Assembly (NCBI GenBank): GCA_035274105.1
Contig: DATEOM010000412.1
Location: 1 to 48,247, forward strand
Direction of reading: 5' to 3'
Origin: Microbacterium sp.
GTDB taxonomy: Bacteria; Actinomycetota; Actinomycetes; Actinomycetales; Microbacteriaceae
Length of the DNA: 48,247 nt
Both the position numbers and the translations under genes were made by a program. Below, piece after piece: positions 9,395 to 18,533 of this stretch. Below the pieces are notes generated by a model, which saw nothing but the letters and a program-made list of their open reading frames with translations, did no database searches and was not told the DNA's origin. The first letter of the stretch is position 1; each line of letters begins with the position of its first letter.

Positions 9395-10377
9395 AGGTCG
9401 TCGTCGTCGGCGGCACCGGCAACATCAGCACGAGCATCGTCCGGCGGCTCCTCGACGAGGGGCACGACGTGACCTGCGTCAATCGCGGCACGACTGCCGT
9501 GGCACCGGACGACGTCGAGACGATCATCGTCGACCGTCACGACGAGGAGCGGTTCGAGTCCGCGGTCCAGGCTGGCCGGTTCGACGCAGCGATCGACGTG
9601 ATCGCGTTCACGCCGGCCGACGTGCGGTCGAGCATCCGCGCCTTCCGCGACGTCGGGCACGTCGTCCACACCTCGACGGTGACGGTGCTCGGCGAGCGGT
9701 TCGACTGGCTGCCCGTGACCGAGGACCACCCGGCGCGGCCGTCCGTGCCCTATGCCGCAGCGAAGGCCGACGCCGAGCGGGTGCTGCTCGAGGCCCACTA
9801 CGGTTCGGGGTTCCCCGTGACGATCATGCGCCCCTCGACGACGTACGGCCCGCGCCGCGCGCTGCGTCAGATCGGGATCGACAGCACCTGGGTGTCGCGA
9901 ATGCGCGCCGGCAAGCCCATCATCAAGGTCGGCGACGGGCGTGCGACGCACCACCTCCTCCACGTCGACGATGCCGCGCTCGCGTTCGTCGGGGCGCTGG
10001 GCAAGGAGCACTGCGTCGGTCAGACGTACCACCTCGTGCACCCGCAGCACACGACGTGGGAGGAGTTCCACGCCGCCGCGATGCGGGTCGTGGGGCGCGA
10101 GGTCGAGCAGGTCGGAGTGCCCGCGCAGGTGCTCGAGGCGGTCGACCGGCAGCGGTTCCTCTTCGCGACGAGCGTGTTCGCCCACAACATGCTCTTCAGC
10201 GCGGAGAAGGTGCAGCGCGACATCCCTGAGTTCGTCCCGTCGGTGACGGTCGAGCAGGGCCTCGCGGCGACCGTCGAGTACATCGACGCCCACGGCCTGG
10301 ACGAGGAGACCGACGACCTCGAAGACAGGATCATCGCGGCGCAGCGCGATGTGGCGCGGAGTGCGACCCATGGCTGA
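9391..10377 (+). CDS. NAD-dependent epimerase/dehydratase family (extended SDR)
   Basis: GGTGNIS Rossmann motif, YAAAK, RPSTTYGP, LLHVDDAA; ATGA overlap with the upstream gene. Confidence 0.85.
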   Translation: MKVVVVGGTGNISTSIVRRLLDEGHDVTCVNRGTTAVAPDDVETIIVDRHDEERFESAVQAGRFDAAIDVIAFTPADVRSSIRAFRDVGHVVHTSTVTVLGERFDWLPVTEDHPARPSVPYAAAKADAERVLLEAHYGSGFPVTIMRPSTTYGPRRALRQIGIDSTWVSRMRAGKPIIKVGDGRATHHLLHVDDAALAFVGALGKEHCVGQTYHLVHPQHTTWEEFHAAAMRVVGREVEQVGVPAQVLEAVDRQRFLFATSVFAHNMLFSAEKVQRDIPEFVPSVTVEQGLAATVEYIDAHGLDEETDDLEDRIIAAQRDVARSATHG

Positions 10378-11833
10378 CCGGCCCACCTTCGTCAACCCCG
10401 TCCTCGGCGGAGACCGCCCCGACCCCGCCGTCATCAAAGTGGGTGACGAGTACTGGATGACGTACTCGTCGTTCGAGTCGGCGCCGGGCCTCTTGCTCTA
10501 CCGGTCGCCGGACCTCGTGAACTGGAGCTACGCGGGCTCAGCGCTCGCCGAGCCGCTCGGCAGCACCTTCGCGGTCGACATCGCGGAGGTGGGCGGACGG
10601 TTCTTCATCTACATCCCGTTCATCCCCGCGCCGTGGTCGGAACTCGACGCTCCGGCGATCTTCGTCATCCACGCCGACTCGATGGAGGGGCCGTGGTCGG
10701 ACCCGATCGACTTGGGCATCCGCTGGGCGATCGACCCGGGTCACGTCGTCGGCGAGGACGGCAAGCGGTACCTCTTCGTCAACGGCATCCGCCGTATCGG
10801 TCTCACCGACGACGGACTCGCCACCGTCGGCGAGCTGGAGCAGGTCTACGACGGCTGGCGGTACCCCGACGAGTGGATCACCGAGGCGTACGCGCTCGAA
10901 GGACCCAAGCTCTTCCGCCGCGGCGAGTGGTTCTATCTCGTGAGCGCCGTCGGCGGCACGGGCGGGCCGCCGACCGGGCACATGGTCATCGTGGCGCGCT
11001 CTCGCTCGGTCCACGGGCCCTGGGAGAACAGCCCGCACAACCCCGTCGCCCGCACGGAGGACGCCTCCGAGAAGTGGTGGTCGCGCGGACACGCGACGAT
11101 CCTCTCCACGGGCGAAGGCAGCTGGTGGATGGTCTCGCACGGGTACGAGAACGGCTATCGCACGCTTGGTCGGCAGATCCTGCTCGAGCCCATCGCGTGG
11201 ACCGAGGACGGCTGGCCGGCCGCCGCTCTGGATGACATCGGAGGCGAGCTGGATGCCCCGGCCGAGGCATCCGTCCCCTCCCCGTCCCGCGGGGTCGACG
11301 ACGACTTCGCCGATCTGCGTCTCGGTGAGCGGTGGACGTTCCATGCTCCCTCGCCGGGGGAGGCCGCGCGGCTCACGCTGGACGACGGCCTGGTGCTCGC
11401 GGGCAAGGGGACGGGGCCGGGCGAGACGTCGCCGCTCGCGCTCGTCGTCGGCGACCACTCGTACGAGGTCGAAGTCGACGTCGAGATCAACGAGGCCGAA
11501 GGCGGGTTGCTGCTGTTCTTCAACGACCGGCTGTTCTGCGGCATGGGGATCGACGGGGAACGGATGCGGAGCTACTCGGGCGGCCACGTCACGCACTGGC
11601 GGGAGCCGGCGCCCGAGGCACGTCGCCTGCAGCTGCGGATCCGCAACGACCAGCACATCGTGACGGGCTGGTACCGCGAGCCCGGCGGGGAGTGGGTGCG
11701 TCACGCGATCCGCTACGAGACATCGGGGTACCACGCCAACACCACGGGCGACCTGCTGAGCCTGCGCCCGGCGCTCTACGCGGCCGGTGCGGGGACGGTG
11801 CGGTTCCGCGACTTCCGGTACCGCGCACTCTGA
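10370..11833 (+). CDS. GH43 glycosidase (beta-xylosidase/arabinofuranosidase) with C-terminal beta-sandwich
   Basis: NPVLGGDRPDPAVIKVGDEYWMTYSSF, IDPG, LEGPKLFRRGEWFYL, VARSRSVHGPWENSPHNP, GHAT. Confidence 0.9.
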   Translation: MADRPTFVNPVLGGDRPDPAVIKVGDEYWMTYSSFESAPGLLLYRSPDLVNWSYAGSALAEPLGSTFAVDIAEVGGRFFIYIPFIPAPWSELDAPAIFVIHADSMEGPWSDPIDLGIRWAIDPGHVVGEDGKRYLFVNGIRRIGLTDDGLATVGELEQVYDGWRYPDEWITEAYALEGPKLFRRGEWFYLVSAVGGTGGPPTGHMVIVARSRSVHGPWENSPHNPVARTEDASEKWWSRGHATILSTGEGSWWMVSHGYENGYRTLGRQILLEPIAWTEDGWPAAALDDIGGELDAPAEASVPSPSRGVDDDFADLRLGERWTFHAPSPGEAARLTLDDGLVLAGKGTGPGETSPLALVVGDHSYEVEVDVEINEAEGGLLLFFNDRLFCGMGIDGERMRSYSGGHVTHWREPAPEARRLQLRIRNDQHIVTGWYREPGGEWVRHAIRYETSGYHANTTGDLLSLRPALYAAGAGTVRFRDFRYRAL

Positions 11834-12064
11834 CTCAGGCACCGGAGAGACCGACGTGACACCTCTGCTCGCTTCACTTCCCCGGTCGATCCCGCATCCG
11901 TCCGGGCTCTTCGCGGGGGCGTCATTGGCACCGGCATCGGCGCCCATTTCGTGCACTTCCTTCATCGCCCCCACCCCGTGACCTGTCGCTTCCTCGTCCT
12001 GACCGCGCGCGAAGAAGGGCAGGGCGCAGGCGTCGAGCGGAGGCGCGTGCGGGAGGGGCCCGTC

Positions 12065-12349
12065 TCAGCCGCTGAGCTCGTCCAGGGCACGGTCCAGCAA
12101 CGCCACCAGCTGTGCCCGGACCTCGAACCGCTCTGAGATCGGGGTGAGCCACGCGACGCGCACGATCGATTCGCCGACGGGCGACGACGTGCGCAGATCC
12201 ATCCCCGATCCGTCGAATGTCTGCAGGGTCGCAGCCTCGATGGTCGTATCGCCTGTGGCCGCGACGGCGATGTGGACGAGGCTCTCGCCATGAGAGGAGT
12301 TCATGTATTCCGAGATCTGGCCGATCGTCTCGGTGTCGAACACGGTCAT
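12065..12349 (-). CDS. DUF2470-like small protein
   Basis: I.EYMNSSH.ESL (the usual HMN..H motif), FDGSGMDL, VRAQLVAL. Overlaps the reductase stop (ATGA coupling). Confidence 0.65.
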   Translation of the reverse strand: MTVFDTETIGQISEYMNSSHGESLVHIAVAATGDTTIEAATLQTFDGSGMDLRTSSPVGESIVRVAWLTPISERFEVRAQLVALLDRALDELSG

Positions 12350-13587
12350 GGCTGGGTTACGAGCGATTTCAGCGGGACGCTGTCGTCGGCCGCCAGCTCC
12401 CGCGGGATATTGTCACCCTTCGCGAGCGCCCGGCGGACCACCATGTACTCGGCGGGCTGATTGATCGCGTCGATCGCGAGCAACTGCTCCCCGGCGTAGT
12501 AGAGCACGGTCGCGCGGTCCTCTTCGAGGCTTCCGCGCACGACGACGTGGTCGTGCCCGATCGAGAGGCCGGCGATCTTGAGCTTCAGATCACCCTGATC
12601 CGACCAGAACCATGGCACAGCGTGGTATGCCTCGCGGCGCCCGAGAAGCGTGCGGGCAGCGACCTGGGCCTGATCCACGGCGTTCTGCACCGACTCCAGG
12701 CGCACATGGGCGCCGCCGCCGAGCGGGTGGGGCAGCACCACAGCATCTCCGGCCGCGACCACTCGCGGGTCGGAAGTTTCGGCGAACTCGTCGACGACGA
12801 TCGCGCCGTTTATCGTCTCGAGCCCCAGTATGGCGGCGAGCTCGATACGTGGCAGCACGCCGATGCCGACCATCACGACGTCGGCGGGGATGATCTCGCC
12901 CGTCGTGAGCTCCACACCCGCCACATGACCGGAGCCGTCGTCGACGAGATGACTGATCGACTCGCTGAGCCGGATCGAGATGCCGCGCCGTTCGTGCGCC
13001 CCACGGTAGTACTCGCTGGTCACCGGCGCGACGGCACGGGCCATGAGCCTGTCGGCGACTTCGACGACGGACGTCGTCTTGCCCGCCCGGCGGGCCGCCG
13101 CAGCGACCTCCAGCCCGATGAAACCGCCGCCGATGACGACGACATCCTTCGCGCTGTCCCACCGGCGCCGAAGCTCGCGGGCGTCTTCGATGTCGCGGAG
13201 ATACAGGACGCCGTCGAGCTCGGCGCCGTCCACAAGGAGGCGTCGTGGGGTCGACCCGGGAGTGAGCGCGAGCTTGTCGAACTCGTACGTCGCCCCGGAT
13301 GCCGCCACCGCGCGTCCCGTGGCGCGTGAGAAGTCGATCGACACGATGCTCTCACCGGTCACGAGGCGGATGTCACGGCTCTCGTAGAAGTCAGGCGCAC
13401 GGAACTCCAGCGTCTCCTCATCGTCCTCACCGGTCAGGAACCCTTTCGACAGCGGTGGGCGCTGATAGGGGCCGAGATGCTCGCCTCCGACGAGAGTCAG
13501 CTCGCCATCGAACCCCTCGTCGCGCAGCGTCGCGGCGATCTCGACACCGGCCTGGCCGGCGCCGATGATCAAAATCCGGTCGGCCAT
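12346..13587 (-). CDS. NAD(P)H:ferredoxin reductase (putidaredoxin-reductase family)
   Basis: GAGQAG, PYQRPPLSK, GGGFIGLE, AAGD, RLESVQNA, VPWFWSDQ. Confidence 0.92.
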   Translation of the reverse strand: MADRILIIGAGQAGVEIAATLRDEGFDGELTLVGGEHLGPYQRPPLSKGFLTGEDDEETLEFRAPDFYESRDIRLVTGESIVSIDFSRATGRAVAASGATYEFDKLALTPGSTPRRLLVDGAELDGVLYLRDIEDARELRRRWDSAKDVVVIGGGFIGLEVAAAARRAGKTTSVVEVADRLMARAVAPVTSEYYRGAHERRGISIRLSESISHLVDDGSGHVAGVELTTGEIIPADVVMVGIGVLPRIELAAILGLETINGAIVVDEFAETSDPRVVAAGDAVVLPHPLGGGAHVRLESVQNAVDQAQVAARTLLGRREAYHAVPWFWSDQGDLKLKIAGLSIGHDHVVVRGSLEEDRATVLYYAGEQLLAIDAINQPAEYMVVRRALAKGDNIPRELAADDSVPLKSLVTQP

Positions 13588-13588
13588 G

Positions 13589-13912
13589 TCAGACCTGTTC
13601 CTCAGGAAGGAGTACGCGGAGCCCTTCGAGTTCGGCACGCATCCTGATCTGGCAGGAGAGGCGGGAGCTGTCGCGCCTCTCGCTCGCGGTGCCTTCGAGC
13701 ATGTCGTCCTCGACCGCGTTCGGCGGACCGACTAGGGCGGCGAAGCCCTCGTCCACGTACACATGGCAGGTCGCGCACGAGCAGGCGCCGCCGCATTCGG
13801 CGACGATGCCTCTCACGCCGTGCTTGACAGCCGTCTCCATGACGGAGTGGCCGTCGTGCGCGTCGAGCGTGGTCTCTTTGCCGTCGGGTGCGATGTAGGT
13901 GACGGAGGGCAT
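13589..13912 (-). CDS. [2Fe-2S] ferredoxin (putidaredoxin/adrenodoxin type)
   Basis: ECGGACSCATCHVY...SRLSCQI. Confidence 0.95.
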   Translation of the reverse strand: MPSVTYIAPDGKETTLDAHDGHSVMETAVKHGVRGIVAECGGACSCATCHVYVDEGFAALVGPPNAVEDDMLEGTASERRDSSRLSCQIRMRAELEGLRVLLPEEQV

Positions 13913-13957
13913 GGCGGATTCCAATCGGGTCGAGGTCGGTTCGGTGGACGCGGTTCG

Positions 13958-15163
13958 TCAGGCGGTGAGCGCGACGGGAAGTGTGTGCAGGCCGCGCAGG
14001 CTGTTGCTGATGTCGTAGGTCGGCTCACCGCGGAGCTCGATGCGGTCCACCTCTGTCGCGAGCGTGCCGAGGAGCGACTGGCCTTCCATGCGCGCCACCA
14101 TCTGACCGACGCAGCTGTGCACGCCCGCGCCGAAGCCGACGTGCCCACTCGTCGTCCGTAGGATGTCGTAGCGCTCCGGGTCGTCCCACTTCCGGGGGTC
14201 GCGGTTCGCTGCGCCGAGGAACACGATTACATGCGAGTCCGCAGGGATGACCGCGTCGCCGAGCTGAACCTCTCGAGTGGTGTGGCGTCCGAACCACTTG
14301 ACCGGCGAGCCGAGACGCACCGCCTCTTCGAACGCGGAACGTGCCAGTGAGGGATCGTCCTTGAGCTTCTGCCATTGATCGGGGTTCGTCGCCAGGAAAT
14401 GCAGCGCCCACCCGAGCCCATGCATGGTCGTATCGAGACCGGCCGACAGCAGACCGAAGACGAGGGAGAGCGTGTCGGACGGCTCGAGGCCCGACGCGGC
14501 GCCGACCTCATGGATCTTCTCCGCGACGCCCCCCGGCCGCGCCGCGCCGGGCGACGCCTGGGCGATCAGCCACTGCTGGGCCTGCTGGCCGGCTTCCCGC
14601 GATCGCGCGAGAACCTCGTTGTCAGGGCCGAAGTCGTTGAACGTGAGGGCCGCAGCGGGAAGGAGGTTCTCGCGGCCTTCCTCGGCGACGCCGATCATAT
14701 CGGGGAAGACCGAGAGCGGATACGGCACTGCGATGTCACGGATGCCGTCGATCGTGCCGGCTCCGATGAGCGGCGCGACGAGGTCGCGCGCGCTCGCGCC
14801 GAACTCGTCCTTGAGCCCCCGCACGAATCCGGGGTTGAGCACCTTGTTGTGCACGGACCGGTAGCGCGTGTGGTCAGGGGGGTCCATCTCGAGGAGCTGC
14901 GCCCTGCCGCGCGCATACGGGCCGCTGCGGATGTCCCACATGCCTACACCTGCCGCGGACGAGAACGTCTCGGAATCAGCGAGGATGCGGTGGACCTCGT
15001 CGAATCGCGCACACGCGTACACGCCGTGCTTCTCCAGCCACACGACACCGGCCGTCTCGCGCAGGGCCTCTTCGACCGGCCACGGATCGGCCAGGGCCTC
15101 GTCGGAGAACGGGTCGATGTCGCTGGACACCACGCCCTCGCCGCGAGTGGTTGCATCTGTCAT
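13958..15163 (-). CDS. Cytochrome P450, CYP199A-like
   Basis: DPPDHTR, YPLSVFPD, FN.FGP.NE, LLSAGLDTT (I-helix), EEAVR (ExxR), AANRDP, GHVGFGAGVHSCVG (heme Cys). Confidence 0.92.
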   Translation of the reverse strand: MTDATTRGEGVVSSDIDPFSDEALADPWPVEEALRETAGVVWLEKHGVYACARFDEVHRILADSETFSSAAGVGMWDIRSGPYARGRAQLLEMDPPDHTRYRSVHNKVLNPGFVRGLKDEFGASARDLVAPLIGAGTIDGIRDIAVPYPLSVFPDMIGVAEEGRENLLPAAALTFNDFGPDNEVLARSREAGQQAQQWLIAQASPGAARPGGVAEKIHEVGAASGLEPSDTLSLVFGLLSAGLDTTMHGLGWALHFLATNPDQWQKLKDDPSLARSAFEEAVRLGSPVKWFGRHTTREVQLGDAVIPADSHVIVFLGAANRDPRKWDDPERYDILRTTSGHVGFGAGVHSCVGQMVARMEGQSLLGTLATEVDRIELRGEPTYDISNSLRGLHTLPVALTA

Positions 15164-15221
15164 GGTGACCTCGACTTCTTCGTCTGTGAGCGGTTCGCCT
15201 TCGCGTCTCCATTCTTGCTCA

Positions 15222-15244
15222 CTTGTGAGCCGATGGCACATAAG
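15222..15244. promoter_or_regulatory. Candidate ROK operator
   Basis: CTTGTGA-N9-ACATAAG between the divergent P450 and ROK genes; flanking CA/TG extends the palindrome. Confidence 0.6.
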
Positions 15245-15386
15245 TGGTGATGATGGAGCGCATCAGCAGACTGGTCGCGCATGCTCCATTGACGTTGCGC
15301 GCCGCGCAGTGCGATCTCGCACCCGACGCCGGGTTGCGTTCTCATGGCGCTAAAGTCGGCACGGGGCATACGGCGAGAGGAGTGTC

Positions 15387-16682
15387 GTGGATCACGTGCG
15401 AGACGGGCGTGCCGAGGCCGAGCCCGTGATCACCGCGGATCTCGACTCCGCCGACTTGGCGGCGCTGGTGACGCTCATCCGCTCGGAGGCTGCCGTGACT
15501 CGTCCGGAGCTCGTGGCCGCGAGTGGACTCAGTCGGAAGGTCGTGTCGCAGCGCATCGAACAAGCTCTCGCGACGGAGCTGGTCGCGGAAGGCGGGCTCG
15601 CGCCGTCTCGCGGCGGGCGGCAGGCGCGCACCCTGCGATTCCGCGGCGATGCCGGATTCGTGCTCGGCGCCGTCATCGAGCACGGTGAGATCGCCGCGGC
15701 GTCTCTCGATCTGCACGGCGACGTCATCGCGTTGGAGCAGGCGGACTGGCCAGCGGCCCGCGGCCCCGAGCAGACGATGCGGCATCTGCAGCAGATGTTG
15801 CGGACCGCGGCGCAGCGAGCGGGAGGCGGCAAGCCCTGGGCGATCGCCGTCGGCATGCCAGGACCAGTCGACTTCTCTGCTGGCAGACTCGTCCACCCTC
15901 CCCTCCTGCCCGAATGGGACGGCTTCGGACCACGGGCATGGCTGCGGGAGCAGTACGACTGTCCCGTCTGGCTCGACAACGCCTCGCGCCTCATGGCACT
16001 GAATGCGTGGGCGGCGTCTCCGCCGCCGCGAGCCGACATGCTGTTCGTCGATGTCGGCACCGGCGTGGGTGCCGGACTGGTGTTCAACGGCAGTGTCATC
16101 CGAGGAGCGAGCGGCGGTTCGGGGGTCATCGGGCATCTCCGCGTCACCGACGATCCGGCCGTCATCTGCCGCTGTGGCAAGACCGGCTGCCTGGAAGCGG
16201 TCGCTAGTGGCTGGAAGATGCTCGACGATGCGACCGCGCGCGCCGGTGAAAGTCCAGTGCTCACCGGCATTCTGGCCGAGCGGGGCGCGCTCACGCTGCC
16301 CGACATCGGGGCGGCAGCGGCGGCGGACGACAGCCTCGTGCTCACCATGCTCGCCGACGCCGCGCGGCACATCAGCGATGTGGTCGCCAACCTCGTGGAC
16401 TTTAGCAACCCCGGCGCCGTGGTCCTGGGCGGCGGCGTGCTGCACACCGGGCCGGTGTTCCTCGAGGTGTTGACGAGGACGATCCGCGACCGATGCTCCG
16501 ACCTTGCGTTGCGCGGACTCGAGATACGTTCGGCATCGCTGGAGCATCACCGCGAGGCGGTGGTAGGCGCGGGACTGCTCGCGATCGACAGCATCCTGAA
16601 TCCGACCGCGCTCAGCAGATGGATCGGCGCTGATGGCCCGCACGCGCACGCGACGGAGCTTCAGCGGCTGTCCGGCGCCTGA
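15387..16682 (+). CDS. ROK-family transcriptional regulator
   Basis: N-terminal wHTH (TRPELVAASGLSRKVVSQRI...SRGGRQAR), GMPGPVD, GTGVGAGL, IGH, CRCGKTGCLE zinc motif. Confidence 0.9.
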   Translation: MDHVRDGRAEAEPVITADLDSADLAALVTLIRSEAAVTRPELVAASGLSRKVVSQRIEQALATELVAEGGLAPSRGGRQARTLRFRGDAGFVLGAVIEHGEIAAASLDLHGDVIALEQADWPAARGPEQTMRHLQQMLRTAAQRAGGGKPWAIAVGMPGPVDFSAGRLVHPPLLPEWDGFGPRAWLREQYDCPVWLDNASRLMALNAWAASPPPRADMLFVDVGTGVGAGLVFNGSVIRGASGGSGVIGHLRVTDDPAVICRCGKTGCLEAVASGWKMLDDATARAGESPVLTGILAERGALTLPDIGAAAAADDSLVLTMLADAARHISDVVANLVDFSNPGAVVLGGGVLHTGPVFLEVLTRTIRDRCSDLALRGLEIRSASLEHHREAVVGAGLLAIDSILNPTALSRWIGADGPHAHATELQRLSGA

Positions 16683-16691
16683 GCGCCCCGT

Positions 16692-17072
16692 TCATCCCCT
16701 GTCGCGGAGCACTCGCAGCTCGATCGACTGACAGCGGTCGAGAGTCGGCCCCACGTGGAGTCGGAACAGGCCGGGCTCGACCGCGAACGCGGGCGACGCG
16801 GCATCCGTCTGCCAGAACCCCAGCTGCTCGCGGCCCATCGTGAAGGAGAACACCTCGGTCTCGCCCGGAGCCAGCGATCGACGCTCGAAGGCGACGAGTC
16901 GGCGGACGGGTGGGGCCACGCTCGCGACGACGCCCTCGAGGTAGACCTGGACGACCTCGTCGCCTCGGCGCGCGGAGGTGTTCGTCACGTCGATCGAGAG
17001 CAAGACTCCGCCTGCGTCGAGGTCGGCGAGCGCGATGCCGCCCGGGGCGGGGCCCCGGGCGGCATCGTTCAC
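16692..17072 (-). pseudogene. Stand-alone Fn3-like C-terminal domain of a GH3 beta-glucosidase (probable remnant)
   Basis: VTNTSARRGDEVVQVYL...PVRRLVAFERRSLAPGE...LGFW...VEPGLFRLHVG. No GH3 catalytic domains upstream; only 16 bp separate it from the SBP stop. Confidence 0.7.
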
Positions 17073-17088
17073 AGCGGATGCGGTGCGG

Positions 17089-18384
17089 TCACTCGCCCCA
17101 CGCCGCGTCCATATCGGCGAGAACCTGGTCGACGGTCTTCTGTCCGGTCAGCAGGCCCTGCACGCCGACGCCGAGCGCGTCGTAGATGTCGGGGTTCGGC
17201 CAGCTGGCGTTGGGCAGACCGGCGTAGGCACCCGTCTCGAGCAGGTTGCCGATCGGCGCGTAGCTCGGGAGGAGGTCGTCGGCCGTGACGCCGGTGATCG
17301 GCACGTAGCCGGCCAGGTCGGCGTAGGTCTTGGCCTGCTCTGGCTGGGCCGCCCAGTCGAGGAACTTCTGCGCGGACGTCTTCACGGCGTCGTCGGACTT
17401 CGCGTTGATGGCCCAGGCGTAGTTCGCTGAGGCGAGCGTGAAGGGCTCCTGCCCCTCGGCCGGCGGGAAGGCCTGGACGGTGAGGTCGAGTCCGGTGGCG
17501 CCACCGATCGAGGCCGCGGCCGAGCCGGGGGTCGCCGCCGTGAGAGCGGTGCCGCCGCCGATGCCTGAGCCGATGTTGTCGAACGTGCCGCCCGCGGCGC
17601 CATCCTGGAAGCAGCCGGTGTCGTTGAGCTCGACGATGTCGTCGAGCGTCTCCTGCCAGCCCTCACTGTCGGCGAAGGTGACGTCGCCCGCAGCACGCTG
17701 CTCGTTCCAGTCCGGGGTCGCCTCGTAGACGCGCGTCGCCGAGATGAGCTGGGCGAACAGGCCGGTGTTGGACGGGATGCCGCCGGCGAGGACCATGAAG
17801 GTCTTGCCGCCGTCGCGGGCCGACTGGCAGGCGGCCAGCAGGTCGTCGTACGTCGCAGGGTACTCGTCGATGCCGACCTCTTCGGCGCCGGCGGAGTTGT
17901 AGATGAGGCCGACCGGGGCGAGCGCCGTGGGCTGGCCGTAGACCTTGTCGTCGACGGTGTACTGGGCTTCGCTGCCCGCGGGGATGATCCCGGCGCTGGC
18001 GTCGTCGAGCGGCTCGAGGAAGCCCGCCTCGGCGAGCGTGACCACCGAGATCGGCTGGCCCGTGCCGGGCGCGAGGATCATCACGTCGGCGGCGTTGCCG
18101 GCCTGAAGCTGCGTGGTGACCTGCGTGTTGTAGGCGTCCGACGGGTACGGGATCACCTCGACCGGAACCCCGGTCTCCTCGGTGTACATCTCGGTGAGCT
18201 GCTCGTAGTAGTTGTCGGCGTCGTTCGACTCGGCGACCATGAGCGTGAAACCCTCGTCGGCCGAGTCGCCGGAGTCTCCACCGTTGTCGCCGCCGCCGGA
18301 ACACCCGGCGAGAATCAGAACCCCGGCGAGGGGAGCCGCGAGAAGCGACCACCGGAGAGGCCGTGAGGCTGTGTGCTGTGGCAT
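17089..18384 (-). CDS. Carbohydrate ABC transporter substrate-binding lipoprotein
   Basis: Signal peptide with lipobox LAGC; CUT1 SBP motifs AGNAADV, KVYGQP, IYN, AQKFLDW, GQKTVDQVL. Confidence 0.9.
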   Translation of the reverse strand: MPQHTASRPLRWSLLAAPLAGVLILAGCSGGGDNGGDSGDSADEGFTLMVAESNDADNYYEQLTEMYTEETGVPVEVIPYPSDAYNTQVTTQLQAGNAADVMILAPGTGQPISVVTLAEAGFLEPLDDASAGIIPAGSEAQYTVDDKVYGQPTALAPVGLIYNSAGAEEVGIDEYPATYDDLLAACQSARDGGKTFMVLAGGIPSNTGLFAQLISATRVYEATPDWNEQRAAGDVTFADSEGWQETLDDIVELNDTGCFQDGAAGGTFDNIGSGIGGGTALTAATPGSAAASIGGATGLDLTVQAFPPAEGQEPFTLASANYAWAINAKSDDAVKTSAQKFLDWAAQPEQAKTYADLAGYVPITGVTADDLLPSYAPIGNLLETGAYAGLPNASWPNPDIYDALGVGVQGLLTGQKTVDQVLADMDAAWGE

Positions 18385-18461
18385 TTCGACCCTTTCGTGA
18401 CTTCGTTGTCGCCAGCTCGGGATGCTGGCTCGGCCTCGGGGCCGCATACCAAGCGTCGCAC

Positions 18462-18484
18462 GATATGTAGGTTTTCGACATTAG
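18462..18484. promoter_or_regulatory. Candidate ROK operator
   Basis: GATATGT-N9-ACATTAG upstream of the SBP gene, with a further CTTATGT half-site at 18490. Confidence 0.55.
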
Positions 18485-18533
18485 CTGTGCTTATGTGCGG
18501 CAATTGCCTCGCTGATTCGCGATTTCACCCGGG

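Noticed and set aside
11832-11845. GACTCAGGCACCGG as a fifth copy of the 24-bp repeat
   Set aside because: Only the right half matches (12/14); could be chance.
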